A stretch of DNA of 64,000 bases. Source: Ramazzottius varieornatus (lineage: Eukaryota > Animalia > Tardigrada). A model generated the notes under the pieces. It saw only the letters and a program-made list of their open reading frames with translations, was not told the DNA's origin and did not search any database. The translations under genes were made by a program, and so were the position numbers. Numbering within the stretch: the stretch's first letter is position 1; every line of letters starts with the position of its first letter. Below, piece by piece: positions 40,908-54,800 of the stretch. The stretch covers positions 1,725,249 to 1,789,248 of the forward strand of contig BDGG01000005.1 in the NCBI GenBank assembly GCA_001949185.1, written 5' to 3'.

Positions 40908-41067
40908 ATTGCGACCGAAGGTCCGACTCTCACATGGTAGAGAAACTCTCACAAGTTGACATCCTTGCTGTCGTTTCTCTGCTTGGCCGTTTCGGGATAA
41001 ACGACAACAATCACGTCAACTGGTGAGAGTTTCTCTCACATGTGAGAGTCGGACCTTCGGTCACAAT
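40908..41067. repeat. Long palindrome (~70-bp arms) in the divergent GTDC1/POT1-like promoter
   Basis: attgcgaccgaaggtccgactctcacatggtagagaaactctcacaagttgac... mirrored by ...gtcaactggtgagagtttctctcacatgtgagagtcggaccttcggtcacaat. Confidence 0.9.
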
Positions 41068-41160
41068 GTCTCAAATACCGAAGAACGGATGGAACGAAAC
41101 GAACATAATTCGGATTTTCCCGTAAGCGTAATCGCAATCTCAGCGATGTATTAAATCGAA

Positions 41161-43372
41161 ATGGGAATTTCGCATCAAGGTCCGAAGTCCGAACTTCCGG
41201 TCGCTCTCGCTGTCGTTCATGATCGCGATCTGCATGAAGACTGTTTCGACACCTTTTGTACCGAGGACGCTTGGGACACGACGCACCTGCTGCTGGACTG
41301 GAACATGGCGGAGCAGCAGAGCACCGTCCTAGGCGCAACGAAGAGACGGCTCTCGTGGCTAATGAACTCTCCCAAGTCTGCCAACGTCAACAGAGTCGCG
41401 GATGACCGAGTTCCACTGCTCGAGCCCGAACCTGCTGCCAAGCGCCAACGTACTGTCGCAGTGGAAGAAGTAGCACGTGCCGAAGAAGAACCTCTAACCG
41501 CCCCCGCATTCTTCTTAGCGGAATACGCGGCTGAATATTCCCAGAAGACTCTTGCTGATATCGAAGCTGACTTTCTGGAGAAAAACCATTATCTTTCCCG
41601 CGCCAAAATAGCCGATCTCCCATTTGACGCCATCAAAGATAAGTACATCGTTCTTCAGCTGGTAGAAAGTCGCGGGAAATGCATTTTCCAGAACGAGAAT
41701 CGATGGAGGTTGTTAGCGAGGCAGATCTGCGCCGATGGCACGCGAGGCAGTAAAGTCTACCTTCAGATAACGAGCTATCTTCCCCAGATGTCAGAAGAAG
41801 TACCAAAAGAATGGAATGTTAGAACGTCATGGACCGACTTGAGAATCGCGCCGATCCTCGTGGTCAATGGTTTCGCGAAGCAGAAGGACAAATTCATCAA
41901 CCCCGAATGGAAAGCCAGTCTTCTCTGTGAAGCGTCGATGACACCTCGAATATTCTGCGGTGGGCGTCTGTAGAGTTTCTTTTTGTGAGTCTGTTGAATC
42001 AAGCTTTGCTTTGTGTTGTAGGAATTTTGAAGAAGCCGATGGAGAAACTCTTCACGTTGGGTTCTGCTGAACGCAGTAACGGCAACCCCGACAGTCCGTA
42101 CTTCCCCCAGTTCCCCTTCGCGGCGAGCCTCATGGCGCAGAATGTTCCGTTGAACAACGCTGCTACTTCTGATGGATGGGTCCAACCAGATTTTGTCTGT
42201 GATTACGCTCTTCCGCAGACATCGGGATATACATGTCTGCGAGATCTCGGGGGAAACATTCTATTCAATATCATCGCGGTTATCAAACACTATCAAGACG
42301 TCAAACTCGTCAACGGTGGCCGAAACTTCATGATGGTACGGTCCATAGTTGCGTTTGCCCAAAATTAGCTTCGTTGTTCACAAGCTCAGAAATTCGGTCA
42401 TATCCGAGAGAAATCAAAAATTAGGAGCTCGTTTATCAAATTCGAAAAGATCGCTTTTCCAAGTGGGTTTCCAACCGATAACATCAGAATGAGCGCCATT
42501 TGGGAATGCAGTCTTGTTGAATTTTCTTTGCCGCGCTTCCAATCGATCTTGGCACTGGCTGACACTACATTTATTTTTCCTAGATGGTGACGGTGGTCGA
42601 TCCCAGTCTAAACGTTGCCACGAACGAAAAGCTGTCCTGCTACCTCTTTGCAGGCTCGAGGACCAACCTACCTGTCTTTCTGACTGTTGGCGACATTGTC
42701 ATCATCAATCGTTTGTCCATAAGTTATCACAACATGCAGAAACAAGGTCGAGGTCGTGAGAACGACGCTTATACCTTCACGGTTATAGATAGTTCTAACC
42801 ACTGCAATATCTGGACAACCAGCAAGACTCCCCTTCGAGAAGTCGATAGAGCGATCATCAATCAACTCAAGACCTGGTACGATAGCTACGCTGCGGTCGC
42901 TATTGCCGAAGCCGATGCTCGGTATCTCGTACCACCATTGAGCAACAGGTCCCCTTCCGCTGTGGAAAAACCGAACGCAGTTCCCGAAAGCTCAAACCAA
43001 CTCATAGAAAAACCTCCAGCTAACACTGAACAAAGCAACATACAAAAATCCCCACAGCAAGCCAAAGCAACCCCACCAGCAAACGGTACAGAACAGAGAA
43101 CCGGAAGTGATGTCGCTGCTGCTATTGCTGAAACTGTCAAGGATTTCTCAACCGATGTCCTGAACGGGGAGCCTTCCGAAGAAGCGGCGCGGAATGGCGA
43201 AGCTTGGAAGCCCACCGTGAAACCTGCCACTAGAGTCGTGGAGGTTCCGACGAGTTTGTATGGGACTGCCATCAGAACACTGAACAATGTGGCTGCGAGG
43301 ATCTCCGGGGAACCTTCGATCAGTGACCAGAAACAACCAAGAGATGGTAATGACTTCTGTCGCCTTTCATAG
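41161..43372 (+). CDS. POT1-like OB-fold ssDNA-binding protein with atypical architecture, at least 3 exons
   Basis: YTCLRDL..FNIIAVIKHY..MVTVVDPSL..KLSCYLFAG..LPVFLTVGDIVIINRLSI..QG..DRAIINQLKTWY matches the POT1 OB1 pattern; long N-terminal extension and low-complexity tail. Confidence 0.75.
42436..42523. repeat. Degenerate palindrome family copy (POT1-like intron)
   Basis: aagatcgcttttccaagtgg...gagcgccatttgggaa..tcttgttgaatt. Confidence 0.6.
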
Positions 43373-43891
43373 TTTTCTGAATGGACTTGTCGATCTCAGC
43401 TCAAAATTCTCGGCCTGTACGAACTTCGGTTCGGACAGCCGAACTCGAAGTCGGTTAATTTCAATCGGAAGATTTCTTCTTGTTTTTGTCTCAGTTTATT
43501 CACGATTGTGTTACCCTTCATTTCTTTTTGTTGCGCGATCTTCAGTACGGTAGGGAAATTTCCCTCTTAGGTAAACTGAATTGGTTGCTTTGAGTACCTG
43601 CTTCGCTTTATGAGTCTTTGACAAAACGATAACAATTTTTAGAAAATTTCAGTTCGCAGATTAGTTGAACTAGTTAGAACGTTTAAACGGTTTTCCTGGA
43701 ACCAGTCCAAAAATAAAAAGTATCAGATCCTTTTGTCTTTTATGTCCATCTATGAAAGAGCTACGTCAGTTGAAGCTGATGCATACGCCGTGGGTTTCCC
43801 CAACAATAACAGATATGCTAGCAGAAAAGGAATAGTCGAACCGTATCCATAATAAAAGCAGAAAAAAGAACTTCCATGAAGTATTACACAA

Positions 43892-45528
43892 CTACGTTGG
43901 CGGGAAAGGAAAGTAAATGTAAGGCAGAATGACCATTCTTTCGCCGGAACGTGTGCGATCAGCATAAGCTTCGGTCCAGCCATGCCAGAGACCATCAGCG
44001 TCGAACGACCCGCTATCACTAACTTCCGCTGATGTCACATTATCGTCCACTGTTGGTGACGTCACATCACTCGACGCTACTTCGGAATGCAAGGGTGGTA
44101 AACCAGCCAGAATTTCCGCTAGCTCTACCGCCACCGGATCTGGCCCCCTTCCGGGTGGATAAGTGGGTTTCGGTTCTTCCACTTCAGGTTCCACTGGCCT
44201 TCTCTTACTATTATCGGAGTACATCACAGATTCCTTAGACGGATCACAGCTGGCTTCGGACGAAGTCCCGATTGACCCTAGGTTAGGGTTCTGTTTACGA
44301 ATGGCTTCCAACAACTCTTTCTGCGTCTTGACTTTCTCCCGACCAGGCTTATGGTACGTGGAGGAAGGGGTAGCGGACAGATCAAAGGCGTCGCCGGAAC
44401 CGGAGTCGGAACCTATCACAGGACTATCAGAACGCTCTTCGATCCGTGGTCGTTTCAGAGGGCTCTCAACGGCTCGATCCACCACAGCTTTGCCGCCCAG
44501 CTTGATCTTCAGCTTCAGACCGGAACCCGGCGTGGATGACGTTTCTGTCTCCGGAAGGACACGCGCTTTGGACGAAGGTGTTGATTCATTCCGTTCGCGG
44601 GAGAGAGACCTCCTTTTCACACCTACGAGCACACTTCATATCAACAACCTACATAGAACCAGTAACGCAAGTAACATAAGGCGCATGTATGCAGGTGCAG
44701 AGCGACTTCGTTCATTTCGTCCTTCAAACTCCTGTATCTACTTTTTAAGTCAGTCAAATCCTTCGAAAACCGCGAAACGCTTGCTTGAACGATGAAAGTA
44801 TCTTACCTTGAGCAACCGACGGAGAGTTAGTGTAGAGGCTTTCGATCCTCGGCGCAGAGACGGAACTCGTCAGCACTGTCGACAAAGTACCGATTATATA
44901 AACTGCCAAACTTGTTCTAGTTTCGAGATTTCGCACACTGTGATCCATAGACGAATAGCTGTTGGTACTTTACGAGGCCGAACTTACCCCGAGCGACGGC
45001 AGGAGAAGCAGGAATACGATTGAGAGTGGAACCATTCGAGTGGAGAGAAACACCAGGCGAAGGTGGGAAACTCGGCGACGACGACTGATGTCGTCCGTTA
45101 ACGAGCGCGGGAGACGAAGCCGTGGACGAAAGTTTCGGTGATGCACTATACTCTTGTTTGATCTGGTCCAGACGATTCCCTGGCCGATGTCCATTCATCA
45201 CCGGTCCATTTACGGGAGAGTTAAGAGCAGGAGAATTCAGCGTCCCATTCTCCTCCTTTTCTTCTATCGCGCGACTCTGCCATGACGCCACTAGCTTCTT
45301 TATCCGCTTGGCGATTTTCAGATCTTCTGGAGGGAGTGCCCGGCGTAGATCATTGACAGTTTTGCCAATTTTGGAGGAATAGACTAGGCTGATGGGAATA
45401 TCGGTGGCTTCCATGATTTCCACACAGCGCAGTAAGAGGTTCTTGTCCTTCACGCCATCTTCCTGCGTCCAGGCCTGTTCCAGTCGTTGTTTCAACTCTT
45501 CCACCGTCTTCTCCATCCCCTCCATCAT
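43892..45528 (-). CDS. MED26: Mediator subunit 26, multi-exon
   Basis: TFIIS-N-like N terminus ELKQRL..VKD..SKIGKTVNDLRR..KRIKKLVASWQ; C-terminal DGLWHGWTE..MVILPYI. Confidence 0.85.
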
Positions 45529-46280
45529 GGGAAACGTGGTGGACAGCGTCCGAAACGCCCGGGATAGTGTCCAAATGGTTCATGAACGTACCGTCGTCCC
45601 AAAAAGGTCGAGAGCACAACAGTACGCAGGTCGGTGAAAACGCAACTAAATTTAACATGGTGAAGACGGCAGACAGTCGGCTGGTGCAGCGCATTGCACA
45701 GCACACTGCCTGAAATGAAAATGGAAAATTTCATTTCGCAAAAGGCTGCCTCGCGTCGAGACGGTACTGAACTAGAAGCACCAATCAGATCGGCTGGTAG
45801 GCGGACTTGTTAGTGTACAGGGAAGGTGTTAATTATACCGCCATATTTTCGAGACGATCTCTCGAATGGATTTGGAAACTTGGCGTAAGCCGATGTCCCG
45901 CTGTATCAGGAGCGTTGTATAACGGTTTGGTCCACCTCTTCTGGACTGACGTACGTCCAGGGCGTTCAACTTCCGCTCAGCATCTTGTTCCATCGCGCTC
46001 TCATCGATCTGATAGTTCATGCCTGCTGCTTGTTGGAATGTTTGTCAGACTGATAGGCTGCGTTAGCTGAATCGCAATCTTCCTTTTCTATCCCCAAAAC
46101 TTTCGTTTGCAGGTTATCCCCCGGGCCCGGAGTTCCAGAGCCAGAGGAGTGAATCGCGTTCCCAGATTCTTCCACATCACACGGACGGTGCCCGCGCTCG
46201 TCGAAGACCATTAGACAATCAAAGCCTTGTATCACTTTCGTCGCTTGCAAGGCTCCTGCACCGTCTTCCGGTCAAAACGA

Positions 46281-47501
46281 ATGGCCCCAAAGGCTCTGCC
46301 TCGGACCGTGGTGAGGACGATCTTCGGATCGAAGTGGAACTCTGCATCATGCCGCCGTGACGTTTTACGTATCCTCGATGGATCAGCGGACGTCAGAGGG
46401 ACAGGTTCTCTCCTTCGAAGGATGCACAGCGTGCGGATTGACATGACATCGGTACCGAGATGGCGAGCTGCTCTAACCACACTTCGTGGTGTGGACCACG
46501 TTGTCGACGAAGAAGAAGCCAAAAACTTCGTCGTTCTCCTACAGCCTAGTGAACGACAGTTGCTCCTCAAAGAGCTCACCTCGTTTCAGGGAACACCTGC
46601 AAGTAAGGCTCTTGTCTCATCCTTCTTCATCAGTTTTTCTCTTTTATGTAAAGTCTAATATGGTCCGATTTTGCTTTATAGTGGCTTGTTCCAGGTGAAG
46701 AGGTCCTTCCATCCGCTGCTGAACTAAGACAGTGTAAGCTAATCATGCTGAACGTTAGTTATTATCTCTTCTTACGTTTCTCTGTTTGTCTTAATGTCTT
46801 TGCAGTGGCACTCTTTTGCGCGTTGCCGTTTGTGGGCTTCGGGTTCCTGGATAATTTTCTAATGATCGTGGCTGGATCGTACATCGAAATCGGTATCGGA
46901 TCGATCTTTACAATATCGACTATGGCAGGTATGCTTCGGTTGTTTACTTACTTACCTAGTATCTTTCCTGTTTCAAGACCGTTGGAACATACCGGGCTCC
47001 TGTTTTAGCCGCCGCTCTGGGGAACACCGTCTCCGATATTGCGGGAATCGGGTCCGCGGGCTATGTGGAGCGGGTAGCAAAGAAGGTCGGAATAAACCCT
47101 CCCGCACTTTCTGCTAAGCAGGCAGATATGACGAGAACAAGATGGGCCATGAACCTGGTATGTACGGGCCATATTGGGGATTCGGTAAACAAATTCAACA
47201 AGAGGTTTTTCAAGCGGCGCAGATCTCAAATGTTATTGGCTGACAGCGTGCGCCGCTTGGAGTAATACTCCTGTCGAGTTTGCTTGCTGAGGTTTCAATT
47301 AAACTGCCTTCAAACTAATTATTATTACCGAGTCAGAGCTGTTTATTGTAGGGAAGAGTTATCGGAATCACCATTGGCTGTCTCCTGGGAATGTGCCCTT
47401 TGCTTCTGATGAACGAGAAGCCGGAGACCACGGTTGTGTCGGTAACTTCGCCAGTGGTGATACTCGGAGCAGAAGAAGCCGTCTCGCAAGCAGAACGATA
47501 G
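46281..47501 (+). CDS. TMEM65: Transmembrane protein 65 (mitochondrial), multi-exon; start uncertain
   Basis: LPFVGFGFLDNFLMIVAGSYIE, ISTMAAAALGNTVSDIAG, GRVIGITIGCLLGMCPL. Confidence 0.92.
47188..47283. repeat. Palindrome family copy (TMEM65 intron)
   Basis: caaattcaacaaga..caagcggcgcag-N25-gtgcgccgcttgg..ctgtcgagtttg; both arms carry the reciprocal CGG/CCG change. Confidence 0.8.
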
Positions 47502-47859
47502 ACTTGGCGTCTCATTTTCATTACTGTTTAGTGATCATTTATGGTTGCAGCTGTTGTAATTACTCAAATTCTTCCATCGTGGCCTTTGTTGTACTGCATA
47601 TTGTGGCCCGATAAACTCGGACCATGGAGACTCCGGGCGTAATGGTGACGAACCTCATCCTTGAACCATTCGCAACGAGCCTATTTACCGTTTTAGCTTT
47701 TATTTCTTCACCTGAGATGCGTATGGTATGCTATTCTTGAAACAGCAAAGCGAATCTAAAGAGTAGATATTTTAAACGGATCACCGAGTTAGCATATTTT
47801 TACGTCAATCACAGTTAAGAAAAGGTCCTTATTAGCACTGTCCCAATTTCTTTCCGCTC

Positions 47860-49095
47860 TTAGAAGTTGAAGTACGTCGAATATAGCTCTTCACCCACTA
47901 GAAACGAACACCGATATCTCGTTATGTGGTTACCACTAAAGCGATACTTCTTCGCATGAGATATCGTACCTTGAATGCAGCGTAGGCTTATGAGTCCGAT
48001 TAACCGCATCGGTCTGCAAAACATGACAGTCAAGTTTATTCCCGGGTAGAAGTCAATGTACATCGCTCGCACTTTTTTTTACAACTTACCTGTCTTTCTC
48101 CGGCGCAAAATGGACGTTGGGAATATATTTTCGATACTTCAGGTCAAAATCGGGAGGGATCTCGAATTCGTGGTACGACACGTTAGCAGGAAATTCTATG
48201 ACAGAAAGCAATAACTACTGTACCATTCCACCAGTACGGAGACTTTTTTTCAGCATCCACCGCCTGCATGTCCAGCCCTGTACCTGGAGGACCAGCGTTG
48301 TTGACGTACTGTCCAACGGCGTAAGGGTTGGCCATCCTCTTCGTGTTGAGCCAACTAGTATCACACCAAGTGAACCCATGAAAGAAGTCACGGTTTGCGC
48401 ACGACCTACAAAAACCACCACAGGGTTCAACTCGTCGTTCTGCGCCGTTCACCTTTTAGGTATGACGAAAGAAGCTCACTTGTATATCAAACGAGAAATT
48501 CCTGTTGGCTTTCCGTCGATGTAGCAGCCATCACCGCATTGGATGATATAAGGGTTCCCGAAGGACTGAAGCAACACCGGCTCTCCTGCGTCGTACACGG
48601 TTCCAGGATACAGAGCCACCAGAGTATCAGGCTGGACAACTCCACTCTGCAAGATGAAAAGATATTCACGAAGAAAAATTGGCCTTGAACGATTCCAGTT
48701 TACCGCGACGAATACGCCACGTCCAGATTTTGGTATCCGACTCTTCCGGAGCTCCAACGAGAAGCCCATAATTTCGGTTAGGTTATGCGTGTTTTCCAGG
48801 TCCTTTAAGCGTTGAGCCGAAGATGCAAAAGGGTCGCCCCTTCTCACTCCAACCGGGATCGAATCCAGATATTTGACCAGCTCTCCCACTGTCGCCTGCA
48901 ACTCAGCTGCTGGTACATTCGGAATTTTCTCGGCCTTCAGGAGGCTCTTCCTGCGAAGAGACGTAACATCGAACTTCTGTCATGTACAGTTCGGACTTCG
49001 GACCAGCACACTTACCGAGCTCGCATTCGCAGAACAATCCATGGCACGAAACGATGTCTGTAGGAGCTCCACCATTCCAGAAGATTTCTCCACAT
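47860..49095 (-). CDS. SETD9: SET domain-containing protein 9, multi-exon
   Basis: MWRNLLEWWSSYRHRFVPWI, GRGVFV, LVALYPGTVY..EP..QSFGNPY..IDG, NPYAVGQYVNN, GEELYSTY. Confidence 0.88.
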
Positions 49096-51815
49096 TGGAC
49101 AGACTCGTTCAGTCTCCCGTCTGAGCGTCTTCCGTACGGAGGTCAAGTCTCATAAGACAGCTTTCTTTCGCAGCGCTTACCCGTCAGTCATGTATCGGCC
49201 TACTTTCCTACATACGCACAACAAATAATCTGGATGAGAATATCGAGCTTAAGAAGGCATCGAATACGGAAAATGGAAGACTACTGTGTGACCAGTTATC
49301 AGCCGATCAGCTGTTTGGCTGTTTCAATTGTCAGTGGGCCAACGGCTGTTTCCCATCCGCGGGAGATCGTGACGTAGTTGCAGAATCTTTACGTCATACA
49401 TCACTTTTCGGCGAAATGAAGAAATGAAGTGTGGCTCCATTCCAGTCAAACTTCCTGGGATATTATCATACTTATCACAGTAAAATAGAAAGCTCATGAA
49501 TTTTCTCTAAACTCATCCCGAATTACAATGTAGCTTCCATTTAATGGCCTAACGTATGCTGTCCAGCAAAAAAGGGCGTTTCCAATGGGAAGATTTCCAG
49601 CGTTGCCCTCTGGGTTAGCTTTGAGCGGGCTCCTCTGCTTCACAGCTGCCCATGCAGGGAACTTTCCTAACTTATCGTAAGATTTTGGATGTAATCGGCA
49701 AAACTGTCTCTGTTTCGCGGAGTCGAGAGACCTGGCGAAGATTATTCACGATTTCACCTGCCGGCGTTGCATAGTGGAAAGACTTCGGGTCCGTCGAGAT
49801 CGACCGGTATATTTGCTTCGATATTCGATAGACTATGGATCACGGTATAATTTTTCATTGAATGAACCCATGCCGTGCAACTGCAGCATCGTCTACATAA
49901 TATACCAGAATGCTTATTCTGAATTGAGAGTGCAATAAAAGAGCAGCTTTTCCAATCTCGTACAAAAGAGGAACCAGCTGTCTGCTTCACAATTAGAGAA
50001 TGCTCGAGAAAGAAAAAGGAAACCAGAAACTTTGCGTGTGACAATCTCAAAAGACAACCGCGGCCAATCAACCAGCTGCTACCAAGAACCAATAAAGTTT
50101 CTTCTCCATGAAGCCATCTCATCAAACCATTGGAAAACCATCTCCGATGAAAATTTCACGTCTGTGGGAAAACATAGTGGGTTCTTTGTGTCCGCGAATG
50201 CAATTCATTCACTTTGAAGTCTGCCCAGGATATCATCCGCATGCCTTGTGGCAAGATGACTTAACCGCAGGGGAAAGTAAACGGCGAGCTGAAAAGGTTT
50301 CAAGGAAATGCGTCGCTGCTGGATACTGATACTGATGATGACAAGACTTTTAGCGAACTGACGAGTCTTGCTGTTTTGGCCCTTCCAAGTGTCACACCTC
50401 TTGGATGCCTTCCACCAGAATGAGCAAATGGCAGCGGTGATCGATCACTACTCTGACATTTGTCCACAAAGAGATGGTACGTACGTGTAACGACGGCAGG
50501 GATTATATTGCCGGATCACGCTCTCTTGTCCCTTCCTCGTTCCCCTGTTGGAAACACACGCTGCCTCATAGTCTCCATTGCGAATCGTAGGACTTGCGCC
50601 TACTCCAACGAACGCGACTGGACAGTATCCGTAGGGTTCAGATCGCCAAATGCGCCTACCGCAGCAGGAACTGTGGTGGGAGATGCAGTGGACGGTTGCG
50701 GTGTGACAGTACGGTAGGACCTACATGCCGGACCCGTGGTAGGAGCTGATTGTACGGTTTCTTTATTCACTAGCCTGCGGATAACACTGAAGACAGCTTG
50801 GCTCTTGACAGCTTGCTGGAAGACTAAGTCGCGATCTCATCAGTGCAGCGGTATCGATCGATGATGAGAAGGAGCGAGGTACCAGCGGTGGTTGTTGGAG
50901 TTGGAATCGATCAATCTCCCTGTAAACGAACGGACGGTAGGGTGGAGGAGATCATGTCGTGTGCAGATGGTCTCTTCGTCTAGCTTCGGCTTTCTGTTCC
51001 TCCGCACGCCATCCCAGCCGCGATCTATGGAGCATAAAAATCGATATGAAATGTCACGACGCAAGAAACAAAGAGTATGTGGATGGCAATGCACAGAATA
51101 CCGCCGTTTACTTACGGCATCTGTTTTACTGTCACTTCATCAACGCCCATCATCCACGAGTTCCCACGTATTCCTTTGCAGGATACCATCACCAATACCT
51201 GCGTCACAAAGACTTCGATGGTACCTTCGTGTGTCGAAATGGAACCGAATGTTTCTTTCATTGGGAAAACTGGGAAGGGATGCTTTCGGGAGGGCAATTG
51301 CGTAGTTCGCCGGGTGTGCGTTTGTCTTTAGCGTCTGGAAGTCGATGGAAGCTGTTAAATCCGTCTGGTACTTTTTTACCACTTTCGGCGGCACTGACGT
51401 CAAGCGGTGATTGCATTAGTCCGAGAAGAGTCATTTCGTGCCTTCCGCTTTCGCTACTTGAGCTTCTACTAGACAACCCAAATATTTGCGTCGACGCAAC
51501 CTTGGTTTCGGTATCCATCTGGCTGGTGGTGACTTTGGTTATGTCTTTCGTCTTCTTCAAGTTCTGGTCAAGAATGTAGCGTAAGGAATGTTCTTCATGG
51601 TTTCCTCGCATGTCTTCCATGAGAGGAAAAAAGAAGTGTGTCTGGAAAAAGTGTCTGGTCCGTCGACTGGTCCGGCCATTAATGTGCACAGGTGCAGCAC
51701 AGACGCAGAAGAAGAAACAGTGGAGCGATATTCCTTCATCTCGCCTTCTCTTCCGTAGCGACAGACAGGACAAAGAACTGAAGAGCAGTAAAAGGGGAGA
51801 GAAATAAGAGGTTAG

Positions 51816-54800
51816 TCATCCCGTTGAGCCAGCCCGTTGTTGGGAATTAGAGGATGAAGAGGACTGTGTCTGTTGTTGCTGCGTTGAGGCACCGGCGGAG
51901 TTATTCGTCGACTGAAGCTTGGCTGTGTTTTTCAGGTATTTATCCACAAGATTACGATACTGTTGAGAGTTGACGAACCGCGGGTAAGAATCGCGATGCA
52001 TCAAAGTAAAAATTTGCAGTTGAGCTTCGTCAAAGGTGTGCCGAGAGGGCTCGACCATGTTCCGGTTCACCATCTCACGAACCCGCGAATCAAGGCTGAC
52101 CTGCAGACACAAGCCATAATTAACTACGTTCAAAACCTATATAAGAGAACCACCAAGTCTTAAGACTTCTAAAAGCTTTCGGTGTAACTGGAAAGTCGGC
52201 ATAAGATCGTTTTCCCAAGTGGCGCACGCTTTCATCGTTACTGGTTGCTTGCATGCGCAACTTGTTAAAACGCTATTCTCGAATTCCCAGTGGCGCACAT
52301 TTTCAGCGCTTCTTGCTGACAGCGTGCGCCTTTTTGAATAACGATCTTGTATTTTTTATTTGCCGGTCTCCCAATTTATTCCCCCTTTTTTGAGATTCGT
52401 CCTATCGTTTTAATCATTTTTTGATCTTTCTGATTCGTTCTTTCATTTTGGGAATTTTGAGGTGATTTGGCTGTTTTTAAGCGACAAATAACACGTGGTT
52501 ATTCGCGGGAAAACAAGAGGATAGCGTTTCGTACTCAGAGAAAAACACGGACTGATCGATGGTGCACTCTAACCTCCCGTATTTGTCTCAACCGATGATT
52601 GCCTTCATTTTGCTTTGGCGGTTATCAGTTTACACGCTGATATTGCGCTCTCTTATTGACGGCCATGAATCGACCGCGAAAGAAAGACAATATTTTTCAG
52701 AGGCCTCATTGTCCACACCTGATTTGATCACATGCCCTTCATTACCGCCAGCTTCGTTAGGCAGGGAGAAAAAGGGGAGCGGAACGGAAGTTGGTTGCGC
52801 AGTCAGAGCGCAATGCCTCGATGATGGATGGATCGATCGATCGATTGAGGGACAGACACAGACCCGAGCATATCCAAGGGCCCATCAGCGCCTGTCAAGG
52901 TTCCCTTCATGTGCCGTGAGTCCGCGACAAAAGCCACGCAAAAGGCTCGTGGAACGGAAGCCCAACCAGCCCCTCCGCTTCCATCCATGTTCCAATCTCT
53001 AAGAGCCTTTTGGCTACGCGTCGTTAAGTTCAAAATTAACTTCCGGCCCTTTTGTCCCGGCCAAAAAGGCAACTTGCGAACTTCACAGTACTACACAAGA
53101 GAATCCTTCCGGATAGCAGATGTGTAATACCACGGTCTAGGCCTAGTACTGTACCACCGTCGCCTGTTCTCCAATTATCTTTCCAGTACGATGCGCTTTT
53201 ATGACACGCGAAGCACGAAGCGGAAAATGCGTGTGGGGGAAAAACCCTCATGAGATGAGAGACTTTCAAAGCCGCGTTCCTCATTCATAAGACAAAGATT
53301 GGGTGGCTTTGAGGCGCTACCGCGCGAACTTCATCACGAGTCCGACCTCATTCATGCCAAAGGAAATTCGTGGAAAGGGAACTAATGCGGCTCGCTTCTT
53401 CGTGCCCTTGATTCTTGGTTAGGCAAGGTATGCCACCTTTCTTCGGACAAAGCACGCTGCTGTACCGCATGTAATGAACTAACCACCAGCAGCATCACGG
53501 CGATGCCCCATGCCTGCCTCGTGCACGCGTGCTTGATTGGTCTCACCGTCACGCACACGTGCTTCTTCCAGTTCCCGATTTGCGGTAACGAACCTTGATA
53601 AGTAGGCGGAGTTGCGCATTTTGTTGACCGCGCATAAGCCAACCGTGCACGAGGAACTGTTGGCGTGTACTGTATGAACGTCATCGCGGTGGACTCATTA
53701 CAGTGCAGTGATCGACCAATCAGAAATTTTCTGTTTGAATGGATTTTCAAGGACAGACTTTTTTCCGAGGGGAGAGTGGAGTAATTTTGATATGTCTACA
53801 CTTCTCATCATTTATTATTCTTGGGGCAACATCTGGTTGGACCATACAATGAACTCTAGTGTATTTTCAGTGCGTGCGTGAGAGTGTGCGGGACGTACCT
53901 CTTTCGGGGAAAGTATCGATATATAATCCTCATAAATTATCCGGGCTTTTTCTTCGACAATTTCCGGATTGGTCTCTTTCTTCAAGTCTTCACAGGCCAG
54001 CCAGAAGAGGATATTTTCTTCACTGTATTCACAACGCAGGAAGTCACGAAACCATTTCCGGCCGCCTGTAAACAGGACATGGTCCACGAACACCCGAGAC
54101 GGCTATTATAATATTCTCAACAAAATACGATCACTGGCTTAATCAGCGCAGGCCCACATGTCCCCCAGTTCCGTCGACTCGTTTTACCCTTTCCGACCTC
54201 CTTGCTTGCGGGTCTCTATCACCCGCGCGCCTTCACGACGAAAGACGAACACACATTCTCGCCTAATTACCACATTAACCAGCCACACGGAACTTGGGCA
54301 GATGAACTGAACCACGTTGGCTGTGCAAGCGGCGCACGCTGTCAGCCAAAAACAACGACAAGGTGCGCGACTTGAAACAACGATCTCGTCTGCTCAAGTC
54401 TCCTATACTTACAGGCAGTGGCCATTACATTGTCGAAGCTCTCGCCCCATAACCTCACGTCTTCGGCGGTCGGTCTGCAAAGAGACAAACAAACACATCA
54501 TTAAGTGGGCTCCTCCTTCAGTTTCCACGAACAACATGTGCCTTTTATACGTCATGTCAGTGGCGGGTCGCTGCTCCCGCCCAATTACGAAATTAGTGGC
54601 AATAGAAAATTCTAAGGTTATTCTAAGGATTATTATTAATATCAGAAATAGGCCGTTCAGAATTCTGGAAGTTGGAAAATACCCATCGTTCCACCACATG
54701 ACCCATTTGGCCGAGAAAAGGGATGTGTCTAATTAGCACAATTCCAGATACTTCAGTACGTTCGATACTTGTTTATGCCATCCGAAACTTCCTGTTTTAG

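Noticed and set aside
51258-51773. 171-aa minus-strand ORF just downstream of the RGS stop as a separate gene or alternative last exon
   Set aside because: No homology recognised and no convincing splice donor; probably 3' UTR. RNA-seq junctions would decide.
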